Source of the DNA: Escherichia phage Ec_Makalu_002
Direction: 5' to 3' (one strand)
Sequence record: MN709127.1
DNA: 64,000 bases
The position numbers and the translations under genes were made by a program. The notes beneath the pieces were generated by a model that saw only the letters and a program-made list of their open reading frames with translations, did not search any database and was not told the origin of the DNA. Shown here in pieces: positions 1 to 9,159 of the stretch (positions are counted from its first letter, which is position 1; the number at the start of each line of letters is the position of its first letter).

Positions 1-134
1 GAGCAGGTGATCGCCGGAGATTGCCAAACATCAACATTAATTTGCTCAATCAGAGTAACACCGCCCTGATCAACTGCTTTGAATGCTTCGAACATTGCCT
101 TTTTCATTGCTACGTGGTTTTTACGGAATTTCAT
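1..134 (-). CDS. hypothetical protein, partial (N-terminal part in window; gene runs off the window start)
   Basis: ATG at about 134 preceded by GAGGTG RBS; open frame to position 1 (MKFRKNHVAMKKAMFEAF...). Confidence 0.3.
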   Translation of the reverse strand, partial: MKFRKNHVAMKKAMFEAFKAVDQGGVTLIEQINVDVWQSPAITC

Positions 135-180
135 AATTAGTCACCTCTATTGATTAGTTATTCAGAATATTAATTACAAA

Positions 181-456
181 TCAGGACATTGCCCGTTTGA
201 ATGCGTCCATTATAACAGTGTTATTTGGCTTGTCAACACGTTTTTGAACTTTATTTTTAAATTTTTTGTTTATGTGGTGTTTACGATAAACAACCTTTTC
301 ACGGCTGGCGTAAGCCTCGCGTGCATCTTTTACCATCAACCATGCCTTAGCCGCATCTTGTCCGCTGATCCCGCCAATCTTCTTAGCAATATCAACAAAA
401 TTAAGACCGTGATCTTCGCGTAGCATGTAAACCATTAACGCTGTTTTCTTGTCCAT
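181..456 (-). CDS. hypothetical protein (91 aa)
   Basis: ORF track; compact minus-strand arrangement downstream of hoc. Confidence 0.4.
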   Translation of the reverse strand: MDKKTALMVYMLREDHGLNFVDIAKKIGGISGQDAAKAWLMVKDAREAYASREKVVYRKHHINKKFKNKVQKRVDKPNNTVIMDAFKRAMS

Positions 457-653
457 TACTTCGCCTCATTGACGATTAACAGGATAGTGATCAGTACCGG
501 AAACTGGATCATGACAGTACCAATAAACCGGATAAACGCATTTTCTGACTTCCACACATGACATGCGACTAGCTGATAGACCATTGTTGCAACCAAAGCC
601 AGAAAATACATCTCGATTGGCGTTTCTTTGATCAATCGTACAATCTCATTCAT
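456..653 (-). CDS. hypothetical small membrane protein (65 aa)
   Basis: ORF track; hydrophobic segments; start overlaps stop of next gene. Confidence 0.4.
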   Translation of the reverse strand: MNEIVRLIKETPIEMYFLALVATMVYQLVACHVWKSENAFIRFIGTVMIQFPVLITILLIVNEAK

Positions 654-810
654 ACTTCACCTCATACATTCATAAACACAACAACGAATAGGACAGTAAC
701 AGTTATTAAAGCCATTTTCAACCCCATATTCATAATATTTTCTTCGCCTCACGATGACAGTAGCATGTCGATGCGTGCCATTATAGGCATCTAAATCGCT
801 CTGTCAAGCA

Positions 811-841
811 CAAAAACAAAAAAGCCACCCCGAAGGATGGC
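811..841 (-). terminator. rho-independent terminator after hoc
   Basis: Hairpin GCCATCCTTCGGGGTGGC on minus strand followed by T-run. Confidence 0.55.
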
Positions 842-853
842 TGATAGATTTCA

Positions 854-2056
854 TTAATCACGAATGCGTAGAACTCGCTCTAACGTCTCTCGGTCCAGTT
901 TATGTAACTCTTTGGAATGATACATGAAACCATTGCGAGATTCCATGCAAGTGCAATCACTATATTTTTCTTCCGCTGCCGCGATTGTCTCCAGATCTTT
1001 GGCGTACTTGCTGGTTGAATAAACTTCTCGGTTACGCCACTCTAACCCAGCCTCATTGAATTTAACAATCTCGTCAAATACCCACCATCCAATGTAGATA
1101 AATGAAGTTTTGCGCCACGGGATCGGGTGTACGTAACGAAACATTTTAACAACTTCCATTGAACATTTTCTACTTGTACTTGTTGCAACTTCTACTGTTT
1201 CATCTTCGATCTGTTGATATAGTTTAGCAACACACCAGAATTTGGCTGTGTCATCGTAAGTAGCACTCTCTTTGAACAGATGACCGTCTGGCATGATAGA
1301 AAATCCTTCCAGTGCTTCGCCGACCTCACTACCGATTAGAGTCGGTGACAGTTGTCCTTCGCGCTGCAAATACCAGTTATGTTTGATCGTCAATGTAGGC
1401 ATACCGCTAGAATCGCCTACAATGTCCTCTGACACAACATAATTAAGTGAGATCTCATTACCTAGTGCCACGGTCTTTGATTCCACCACATCCTGTTCTA
1501 CGTTCATTGTTGCCAGCATGATTTTAGTCGATGCGCTATCGGCTGAATCTTCCGACTCACCCCACACTTTTACAGTATACACGCCGTTTTTATCTGCTGT
1601 AAATTTTTGGATCGTAATATCCTGTGTTGTGTCTATAACTTCTTCGCCCTTACTCCAACTATAATGTAGTTCATAGTTGTCTGCTGGAGTCTTCCCACCC
1701 GAAAATTTTACTGTTGCATGTAATTCTACGTTTGTTTGTGATGATACGTAGAATTGCTGCGGTTCGGTGATATTTACGATTAATTCAGCTTCTTCCATGA
1801 GGAAAACTTCAGATTCTACTGATTCCATCGTATCGGTATCTTGTACCGTTACTTTATAGCTACCCGCATTTTCACTTGTTGCGTCTGCTACAGTTAGCGT
1901 AGCTGTGCTATTTTCATGCGGTTGGTCGTCTTTTGTCCATGTATATGTCAAATTGCTGGGTAATGGTTCGTCACCCGCTACAGTCGCCGTTAAGGTGAAA
2001 CCATCTCCAGCAAGAAAACATCTTTTGTTGGATTGTATTGATACTGTGAAAGCCAT
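854..2056 (-). CDS. hoc: Hoc-like outer capsid decoration protein (Ig-like repeats)
   Basis: 400 aa; repeated Ig-like segments; C-terminal YVHPIPWR...GWWVFDEI...ESRNGFMYH matches remembered T4 Hoc capsid-binding tail; position next to inh/uvsW. Confidence 0.85.
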   Translation of the reverse strand: MAFTVSIQSNKRCFLAGDGFTLTATVAGDEPLPSNLTYTWTKDDQPHENSTATLTVADATSENAGSYKVTVQDTDTMESVESEVFLMEEAELIVNITEPQQFYVSSQTNVELHATVKFSGGKTPADNYELHYSWSKGEEVIDTTQDITIQKFTADKNGVYTVKVWGESEDSADSASTKIMLATMNVEQDVVESKTVALGNEISLNYVVSEDIVGDSSGMPTLTIKHNWYLQREGQLSPTLIGSEVGEALEGFSIMPDGHLFKESATYDDTAKFWCVAKLYQQIEDETVEVATSTSRKCSMEVVKMFRYVHPIPWRKTSFIYIGWWVFDEIVKFNEAGLEWRNREVYSTSKYAKDLETIAAAEEKYSDCTCMESRNGFMYHSKELHKLDRETLERVLRIRD

Positions 2057-2154
2057 ATAAAGCCACTCCCATAGAAAATCCGAATTTAATTAATTGAAAT
2101 AGTTGATTGCCATCAACCAGATAACCATTGCGAGATTCCAATACATGAGTATTA

Positions 2155-2316
2155 GAATAGTGATGTAACGAGGCCGAAATAGTATCGATCTCGTCTTGGT
2201 ATTTGTTCTGTTATAAAGTCTGCTGTACTAACAACAATCTTTAACAGAAGTGGATGACCAACGGAGCCATAAACCGGACCTTCTGTTTGATGTAATACAT
2301 TGATTTTGTTAGACAT
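2155..2316 (-). CDS. hypothetical small protein (about 54 aa)
   Basis: Hand-translated minus ORF (MSNKINVLHQTEGPVYG...) between hoc and inh; below ORF-track size cutoff. Confidence 0.3.
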
Positions 2317-2394
2317 GTAGTATCCTCTTTTAATTGCATAACGGAACTACAATTAAAATTATAACAAATATTTCACAACTTTTATCACCCAAAA

Positions 2395-3120
2395 TTACTT
2401 GAGTGTGTGGAATTGGCTATGTTTAGTCTCTCGCACCTTGACAGACCCATCGCGTTTGATATAATAGATCAGTGACTTGAGGGTGTCGTGTACATACGCG
2501 TGCGGGAAACGCTCTGGATACTTCTTCCAATCTGGAGTATTAACGATCCAGTCGAAAATCCACCACGGGCAGGAGTAGTAACCACGACCGCCACCGATCA
2601 AGCAAATGGTCGGACGGAAACCAGTAAGATCACAAAATGAATCAGTGTCATGTGCAGGAGAACGATGCTCTGCTTCGTCAGAGAAAATGTTTGCTACCGG
2701 AGATTCCACTTTAACTTCCGGTGCTTCTTCAACATCTGACTTAACTTCTTCGACCACTGGTTCAACTGCTGGAGATTCTTCTTTTGTTTCTTCAATGACG
2801 ATCTCAGGTTCTTTCATTGCTTCAACCAGAGACGGATCAACTTCGTCGAATACCACTTTATCATCTGCGGTATCTGCTGCCAGAATAAGGTCGTTAATAC
2901 TGGTTCCTTCTGCCGGAGTTTCTTCTTCCATTTCGGAAGCCAGTTTAGTTAATTCGGTTTCTACGAACTCGATCATGTTCTCTAGTGATAAAGTCTTTTT
3001 GACCTTGATATCAAATTGTTTTGCATAGTCTGCTAATTCTGTTTTAGCTGTTTTCTGTGCTTCTTTGTCGTCGGACGCCGCAATAGCGCGGAGTTCTTCG
3101 AAATATTCTTTATCAAACAT
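2395..3120 (-). CDS. inh: Inh-like protein (putative prohead protease inhibitor); acidic middle, Hoc-like C-terminus
   Basis: 241 aa; C-terminal CPWWIFDWIV... resembles Hoc C-terminus; synteny between hoc and uvsW. Confidence 0.6.
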   Translation of the reverse strand: MFDKEYFEELRAIAASDDKEAQKTAKTELADYAKQFDIKVKKTLSLENMIEFVETELTKLASEMEEETPAEGTSINDLILAADTADDKVVFDEVDPSLVEAMKEPEIVIEETKEESPAVEPVVEEVKSDVEEAPEVKVESPVANIFSDEAEHRSPAHDTDSFCDLTGFRPTICLIGGGRGYYSCPWWIFDWIVNTPDWKKYPERFPHAYVHDTLKSLIYYIKRDGSVKVRETKHSQFHTLK

Positions 3121-3146
3121 GCTATTCTCCTGATTGGGGGTGTTTG

Positions 3147-3154
3147 TATAAATA
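3147..3154 (+). promoter_or_regulatory. T4-type late promoter box TATAAATA upstream of uvsW
   Basis: Exact TATAAATA about 37 nt upstream of the ATG at 3191. Confidence 0.55.
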
Positions 3155-3175
3155 TTTGTATACTGTATTTATTGA

Positions 3176-4693
3176 GTGAGGCTATTCGCTATGCAAGATA
3201 TTAAAATTCACTTTCTGAACTACTCCCACGTTCAAATTGAATGTAGCGATTCAATTTTATTAGAAATGCGAGATTATTTTAGTTTTGAAGTCGAGGGAGC
3301 GCGGTTTCAAAAAAGATTTAAGTATGGCGGATGGGATGGGCGTATTCGTCTTTTAGATTACAATGGAAAGTTGCCAATCGGACTAACTAAAACCGTTGGT
3401 ATCTTCGCTAAAAATATGGGTTATTCTGTTTGGGTAGACCCTCGCTTATTCGAGAAAGAACAGGTTACAGAAGAAGAGATCACAAAATGGTGTAACGACT
3501 TAGAATTATATTCCGGTGCTAACAGGATCACCCCGCATTGGTATCAATCAAAGGCTGTCTTTGAAGGTATTCATCATAAACGCCGTATGTTAGTTTTGCC
3601 TACGTCCGCTGGTAAATCTGCGATTGCTTGTATGTTGTCTCGCTGGTACTTAGAGAACTACGAAGGGAAAGTGCTGATCATCGTTCCTACCACGTCTCTA
3701 GTGCTGCAAATGCGAGATGACTTTGTTGATTATCGCCAGTTTCCTTATGAAGCAATTCATACTATCATGAGCGGTACTAGTAAACACGTAGGTGATCGCC
3801 TGATCGTTGTTAGTACGTGGCAATCTGCATGTAAACAACCTCGTGAGTGGTTCCAACAATTCGGGATGGTTATTGTTGACGAATGTCACAAGGCCACGGC
3901 TAAAAACCTGCTAAACATCGTTACTGATATGGATCATTGCCAATTTAAGATCGGTATGACTGGTTCCCCTCGTGACGGGAAAGCTAACATGATGCAGTAT
4001 GTCGGGCTTTTCGGTGATATTTCTAAGATCGTGAGTATTGACCGCCTGATGGAAGAAGGTCAAGTGACAAAACTGAAAATTAACTGTCTTTTTCTTCGTT
4101 ATACCGATGAGGAATGTAGCGCGGTTAAGGGGAGAGAATATGCGGAAGAGATCAAGTATATTACATCTAACCCACGACGTAATAAGTTTGCTTGCAATTT
4201 GGCGCTAAAACTCGCTAAGAAGGGCGAAAACGTATTCCTGATGTTCCGCAACACTAAGCACGGAAAACTTATGTATGATGCGTTACAGAAGGTACATGAC
4301 AAGGTTTATTATATTGACGGTGGAGTTAAGACAGAAGAACGTGATGAATTTAAGAAAATGGCGGAAGGTGACACCGGGATCATTTGTGTTGCGTCTTATG
4401 GTGTGTTCTCTACTGGTGTTTCCATCAAGAACTTGCATCATGTTATTTTCGGTCATCCAGTGAAGGAATCAACCATCGTTCGTCAGAGTATCGGTCGTGC
4501 ATTGCGTAAACATGGTTCTAAGGATATTGCTACCGTTTGGGATCTTATCGATCATTTGGCGGTGAAGACAAAGAGCAAGAATGCTAAGAAACAGTTTAGT
4601 CACCTTAATTATGCTCTTAAACACGCGCTTTTGAGGATACAGCTTTACAATACCGATAAATTTGAGTATGCCACGAAAACCATCGAGATTTAA
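3176..4693 (+). CDS. uvsW: UvsW DNA/RNA helicase (SF2)
   Basis: Aligns with remembered T4 UvsW from MQDIKIHF; Walker A LPTSAGKS, DECH box; track start 3176 is GTG, ATG at 3191 more likely. Confidence 0.9.
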   Translation: MRLFAMQDIKIHFLNYSHVQIECSDSILLEMRDYFSFEVEGARFQKRFKYGGWDGRIRLLDYNGKLPIGLTKTVGIFAKNMGYSVWVDPRLFEKEQVTEEEITKWCNDLELYSGANRITPHWYQSKAVFEGIHHKRRMLVLPTSAGKSAIACMLSRWYLENYEGKVLIIVPTTSLVLQMRDDFVDYRQFPYEAIHTIMSGTSKHVGDRLIVVSTWQSACKQPREWFQQFGMVIVDECHKATAKNLLNIVTDMDHCQFKIGMTGSPRDGKANMMQYVGLFGDISKIVSIDRLMEEGQVTKLKINCLFLRYTDEECSAVKGREYAEEIKYITSNPRRNKFACNLALKLAKKGENVFLMFRNTKHGKLMYDALQKVHDKVYYIDGGVKTEERDEFKKMAEGDTGIICVASYGVFSTGVSIKNLHHVIFGHPVKESTIVRQSIGRALRKHGSKDIATVWDLIDHLAVKTKSKNAKKQFSHLNYALKHALLRIQLYNTDKFEYATKTIEI

Positions 4694-4698
4694 TAAAT

Positions 4699-4722
4699 AG
4701 GGGCTTTAATGCCCCTTTATTC
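4699..4722 (+). terminator. terminator hairpin after uvsW
   Basis: AGGGGCTTTAATGCCCCT followed by TTTATTC. Confidence 0.5.
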
Positions 4723-4736
4723 TACGGAGATTAAAA

Positions 4737-4973
4737 ATGATTAGCTTTAAACGTTTTTTGGTTGAGGCCGCTATTGACGGTTTCATGAGTAAGATTTATT
4801 CTTGTAATACTATCGAGGGATTGAATGAACTTGAGGCATATTATGAGAAGCGCAAGAAAGAAACAGAATTGAAACCTGCTGATGATATTTCGATCCGTGA
4901 TGCCATCGCCGGACGCCGTAAGCAACTGGAGGCCGACAACGAGCCAGAAGAGGAGCCGGAAGAGGATTTTTAA
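4737..4973 (+). CDS. uvsW.1: UvsW.1-like small acidic protein
   Basis: 78 aa ORF immediately downstream of uvsW, same size and position as T4 UvsW.1. Confidence 0.6.
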   Translation: MISFKRFLVEAAIDGFMSKIYSCNTIEGLNELEAYYEKRKKETELKPADDISIRDAIAGRRKQLEADNEPEEEPEEDF

Positions 4974-4977
4974 GATA

Positions 4978-5003
4978 TAAAAAAGCCCCATCAATGATGG
5001 GGC
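4978..5003 (-). terminator. terminator hairpin for minus-strand small gene
   Basis: GCCCCATCAATGATGGGGC with U-run on minus strand. Confidence 0.45.
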
Positions 5004-5036
5004 AAAATAAACCAATTAAAATCGGTTATCAACAAA

Positions 5037-5213
5037 TTACATTAACAGCATTGTTTGCTCTACGAGTTGTTCTTGTTCTTCGCCGTTCGCATCTTCACTA
5101 ATCGAACGTTCTGTTACTAGCTGTAAGCAGTAGCCAGTGTGAACAACGCCGTTTTCTGTCTGGACGGCTAACGCATCCTCGACAGGTTGTTTACAACAAA
5201 TACAGATTTTCAT
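5037..5213 (-). CDS. hypothetical small Cys-rich protein (58 aa)
   Basis: Hand-translated (MKICICCKQPVEDALAVQTENGVVHTGYCLQ...); sits where T4 has small uvsY-adjacent ORFs. Confidence 0.4.
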   Translation of the reverse strand: MKICICCKQPVEDALAVQTENGVVHTGYCLQLVTERSISEDANGEEQEQLVEQTMLLM

Positions 5214-5233
5214 AAAATTCCTCCTGCATGTAT

Positions 5234-5641
5234 TTAGCGACCAGATTCCAGCATACGCAATTCTATTGCATTCTTGATCGCAAAGCCACGAGATTTAACG
5301 ATATCAAGTGCGCGACCAGCGAAATCCATTACCATCTGGTAATATGCAATTTTCGTATCAAGTGGTAAGATCTCGTCATCTGCTGCCATGACAACTTTCA
5401 ATTCTGATTTCTCATACTCAGCGCGACACCAGTCATCACTACGGTTAGTGTAAAAGTCAAGACGATTTTTCATAGCCTTTTTCTTTTTAGCCTCAAGAGC
5501 AATCGTCTCTCGCTTCGCCTCGCTGTAAATCCTTAACCACTTTGAGTATACTACCGGATTATTCAGCGCCTCCCATTGCAACTTAGTCGCATCGATCTTC
5601 ATGTCAGCTTCTAATTGTTCTTTCAAATCGTTTAGGTCCAT
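5234..5641 (-). CDS. uvsY: UvsY recombination mediator
   Basis: 135 aa; close match to remembered T4 UvsY along whole length (e.g. KSRGFAIK). Confidence 0.9.
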   Translation of the reverse strand: MDLNDLKEQLEADMKIDATKLQWEALNNPVVYSKWLRIYSEAKRETIALEAKKKKAMKNRLDFYTNRSDDWCRAEYEKSELKVVMAADDEILPLDTKIAYYQMVMDFAGRALDIVKSRGFAIKNAIELRMLESGR

Positions 5642-5688
5642 AATATCCCCTTATTCACACTAAGACCTATATCATATCACACGCAAAA

Positions 5689-6087
5689 TCATTTTGCAAG
5701 TCTTATGCGTAGTTGTTCAAGATCATCTGGGTTATCTATTACTGAAAAGTAGATTGATACTATGATTGAATTATCGTCGTACTGCGGAGTTACTTCTACT
5801 GTCAGGTTTCGGACCCGTGGTTCATAGTTTCGGATTGCCTCATTAATGTTTTTTGATAAGGTATCCACTGTCAGTGGGTTCATGTTCTCAAACAGTGATT
5901 TATTGAGGTCACATCCAAACAGTGGATCAAATGGACGAGATCCCTTGCGAGTAGTCACGATCAGTAGAATAGAATCCTTAACCGCTTTAATTCCTATGTT
6001 CTTTTTAACGTCGTTATTCCACGATCTGGATATATTGAGATCCAAATCAGTATACATCTGATTAATTGTTGCCATGTTATACCTCAA
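5689..6087 (-). CDS. 25: baseplate wedge protein gp25
   Basis: 132 aa; TTRKGSRPFDPLFGCDL and FSVIDNPDD match remembered T4 gp25. Confidence 0.9.
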   Translation of the reverse strand: MRYNMATINQMYTDLDLNISRSWNNDVKKNIGIKAVKDSILLIVTTRKGSRPFDPLFGCDLNKSLFENMNPLTVDTLSKNINEAIRNYEPRVRNLTVEVTPQYDDNSIIVSIYFSVIDNPDDLEQLRIRLAK

Positions 6088-6713
6088 AGAATTTTAAGGA
6101 AACTGGATAGACCTGATAATGAATATACACCAGATTCCCCGCATTCGCATTTGATCGGTACTGCCAGCGTGATTTGATTTCTTGTTAGCTCGTCGATCAC
6201 TTCTTCCACTTTATCCGTGGTAAGCATATCCAACACGCGGTCAAAGTCCTGCGCGTTCAGGTCGTCTATATTGAATTGCTGATCGCCGATCACGATATAT
6301 TCGATACATGCAATTACCATCTGCATAATATCAACATCTTCTGTAAACTTAGGTTGACGAAACTTGATTTTTACTTGTCCTAAGTCTAGAATATACGGTT
6401 CGACTTCTGGTATCTGTGTGCGTGAAACATCAAGAGAATATACTTTCTCTTTATTGCATACACCACACACCCAAGTAGCATCAATTTTCATCTTATTGAG
6501 GCTGTGACACCATAAGAGAAGAAAAATATATTCTGCTTCGCATTTCTCTAGCTCTAATGCATTGATCCCCGTACATTCGTATATAATCTCTATAACAACA
6601 TCTGACAGCTTGCCAGTCTCTTTTGCTGCTACCAGTTTTTGAAATTCGCCGAAGGTGAAAGCACGGGCGTGTATCAACTTTTCGCCTATTTGGATCTTGA
6701 AAAAGTATTGCAT
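6084..6713 (-). CDS. 26: baseplate hub protein gp26
   Basis: 209 aa; position between 25 and 51; Cys pairs; paralogous to adjacent gp51. Confidence 0.7.
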   Translation of the reverse strand: MQYFFKIQIGEKLIHARAFTFGEFQKLVAAKETGKLSDVVIEIIYECTGINALELEKCEAEYIFLLLWCHSLNKMKIDATWVCGVCNKEKVYSLDVSRTQIPEVEPYILDLGQVKIKFRQPKFTEDVDIMQMVIACIEYIVIGDQQFNIDDLNAQDFDRVLDMLTTDKVEEVIDELTRNQITLAVPIKCECGESGVYSLSGLSSFLKIL

Positions 6714-6755
6714 AATAAAACACCCTTTATAAACACATAGAATTATTTAGTATTT

Positions 6756-6763
6756 TATAAATA
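6756..6763 (+). promoter_or_regulatory. late promoter box TATAAATA upstream of gene 51
   Basis: Exact TATAAATA about 20 nt upstream of ATG 6784. Confidence 0.6.
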
Positions 6764-6783
6764 CCCGAAAGGGGGATTATACC

Positions 6784-7554
6784 ATGAATATTATCCGAAT
6801 AAAACTACCGGAAGGTGTACAGCGATTTAAACCATTCACGGTAAAAGATTATAGAGATTTCCTTCTGGTGTCAACTGAAATTAAGATGAATCCAGAAGAA
6901 GAACAAACTATACTGGATGAGCTACTAGAAGAAATATATCCAGACGTAGACCCTGCATTTCGTGAATATATTTTCCTGAACGTTTTTACTAGCTCAATAG
7001 GTAAAACAAAGATACCGCTTTGCTTTACTTGCCCGACTTGCAACAAAGAAAGAAAAATGTTGCTCAACTTACAGGTCGAAGCACTAAAACCAATCGTTCT
7101 GGAGGCCGCAGGGCTTAAAATAACTTTCCGGTATGTGAAACCATCAACCGACTATGCAAAAACGTTTCTAGATGCGATAGAGCGTGTCTCTGATGGTGTT
7201 AATGATTATCTATGGACTGAATTACCGGAAGAAGTTAGAGATCAGGTTATCGATTCAATCTCATTTGCTGAATTTGAAGAAGTTGTTAAGCAGATGCACA
7301 CGATCAAGATCGAACAAAAGATATCTTGCTGTGAAAGTCATGACCTGAAATACATAGGTCTTCTTCCATTATTCAAATTGTTGTTGAATCCAGATGAGTT
7401 ATTCATCTTTTATCGAATAAACCATCTATTGGCAAAATCAAATTATTCTATCAGTGATCTTATGGACATGTTACCCGTCGAGAGAAACATTGCACTGACA
7501 CTGGTCGAGAAAGACGTAAAAGAGGCAAACAATGCAAAGAACGGGGTTTCCTAA
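6784..7554 (+). CDS. 51: baseplate hub assembly protein gp51
   Basis: 256 aa; first gene of the 51-27-28-29-48-54 block; synteny and size. Confidence 0.7.
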   Translation: MNIIRIKLPEGVQRFKPFTVKDYRDFLLVSTEIKMNPEEEQTILDELLEEIYPDVDPAFREYIFLNVFTSSIGKTKIPLCFTCPTCNKERKMLLNLQVEALKPIVLEAAGLKITFRYVKPSTDYAKTFLDAIERVSDGVNDYLWTELPEEVRDQVIDSISFAEFEEVVKQMHTIKIEQKISCCESHDLKYIGLLPLFKLLLNPDELFIFYRINHLLAKSNYSISDLMDMLPVERNIALTLVEKDVKEANNAKNGVS

Positions 7555-8641
7555 TGTCTCAATAAAACTTTATCAGGATTATGAGGCATTTCTAAATCAT
7601 CGCTTTATAGAATTGGGTGCTACCTTTGTTACAATGACTCTGCGTGATTCGATTCGTGGGGTGAACGAAGGATTGTTGCAATTCTATGATAATAAAGCGA
7701 TGCATACAAAATTAAACGGGCGGGAGATCATTCAGATTTCGTTATCTACTGCCAACACAGATGAAGTGTTCAACCGAATCTATGGGATCTCTCATAGTAA
7801 TGTAACGATTGACCAAAAATCCGACAACATTTTAACATTCCAGTTAAAGAGCTATCACGAAACACTAAACCTTAAATTTTCTCGCGCATTGACAAATAAC
7901 GCTGTTAATAACGTAACCAGTATGATTGATGCCATCTATAAGGAAGTCCCTTTATGGAAACCAGCTATAAAAGGTGATAACGTTGTTATTCCTCGTTGTC
8001 CGTGGGTTAGTACCATAAATGACTATATGGATTTTGTGAGGGCATACGGGCAAAGCGTAGAAACCGAGTCTTTCGTGTATTGTTGGGAAGATTTTGATGG
8101 TATAACTATAGCCGGACACGATACAATATTAAAAAATGAGCCAATACCAGCTATAATCTGTGAGCCTAGACTCATGGGGCAATTTATTGATATGTCACCT
8201 AATCTGATGGTTTTTAATTTCGAGTGGCAGACTAAGAGCAATGCTAAAGTTAAAAATTCATTTAACAATGTGACATACACGACTATTGATTTTGTTACTA
8301 AGCAGTATAATAAAATTGTTGTTGGTAACGGGGATAACATTGCTCATTTTGCACATGGTGGCGCTTATGGGGAGTTGACTTATAAGAATGCATTTTTGGA
8401 AGGTTCTAAACTTGCCACAATAGAACAGTATGATTCATATGCTACCGCCGTGTGTCATGGTAATTTTTCATTGCGTCCTGGTATGGTAATTCGATTCTTT
8501 GACGAGAAGCAACAAGCACGCAATGATTTTATTGTTGACGAAGTGGTGCATGAAATTAGCCGAGAACAATCATTAACTCACCTGTATATGATCGGTAACA
8601 GCGAAGAATTACAGGAAGTCAAATTTGAAGGTAAGATATAA
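7532..8641 (+). CDS. 27: baseplate hub protein gp27
   Basis: N-terminus and HTKLNGREI...ISHSNVTIDQKSDNILT match remembered T4 gp27. Confidence 0.9.
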   Translation: MQRTGFPNVSIKLYQDYEAFLNHRFIELGATFVTMTLRDSIRGVNEGLLQFYDNKAMHTKLNGREIIQISLSTANTDEVFNRIYGISHSNVTIDQKSDNILTFQLKSYHETLNLKFSRALTNNAVNNVTSMIDAIYKEVPLWKPAIKGDNVVIPRCPWVSTINDYMDFVRAYGQSVETESFVYCWEDFDGITIAGHDTILKNEPIPAIICEPRLMGQFIDMSPNLMVFNFEWQTKSNAKVKNSFNNVTYTTIDFVTKQYNKIVVGNGDNIAHFAHGGAYGELTYKNAFLEGSKLATIEQYDSYATAVCHGNFSLRPGMVIRFFDEKQQARNDFIVDEVVHEISREQSLTHLYMIGNSEELQEVKFEGKI

Positions 8642-9159
8642 TGACAGAAACTAAACCTATGTTAAAATTTGTTGTTCCTGTAAAAACTTTAGAGATAAAC
8701 GGGAAACATATCAAGATCCCAAAAATGGGTATTAAGCAACATCGATTATTAAAAGATGTTCGTAGCTGCGATGAAACATTAAAGATTCTTCTTGATTCAA
8801 TCTGCCCTGGGTTAAACGCTGCTGAGTCTGAATTGGTTATGCTTAATCTTTGTGCGTTTAATGGTAAATGTCTGGAAGAAAAAGACGGTCTTAAACTATC
8901 TGATGTGTATATTTGTACAGAAACTGAATTTGATTTAAATGGCAAAACATTTAAATTTAAAAATCCGATGTATACTTCTGACCCCATTATCGATGACGCT
9001 GATTTCTTGAGTCATCATTATCACGATCCTAGTGTAGACTTCCATGACTTCCCAGCTTTTATTATGGATTGGGCTACAGGATTAAGAAAAACTATTGCAC
9101 TGGATACGCCGGAAGGTACTATCTATGGTGGAATTAACATATTGGATCGCCTATCATGA
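8641..9159 (+). CDS. 28: baseplate hub distal protein gp28
   Basis: 172 aa; INGKHIKI...KQHRLLKD...CDETL matches T4 gp28. Confidence 0.85.
   Translation: MTETKPMLKFVVPVKTLEINGKHIKIPKMGIKQHRLLKDVRSCDETLKILLDSICPGLNAAESELVMLNLCAFNGKCLEEKDGLKLSDVYICTETEFDLNGKTFKFKNPMYTSDPIIDDADFLSHHYHDPSVDFHDFPAFIMDWATGLRKTIALDTPEGTIYGGINILDRLS

Noticed and set aside
2606-3028. Plus-strand 140-aa ORF inside inh, and similar antisense ORFs (e.g. 15776-16378 and 14957-15190 in alt, 40616-41233 in gene 32, 46927-47424 and 47647-47970 in gene 34, 52131-52661 in gene 37, 58279-58869)
   Set aside because: They lie wholly within strongly supported genes on the opposite strand, have low-complexity composition and no RBS or promoter context; treated as shadow ORFs.
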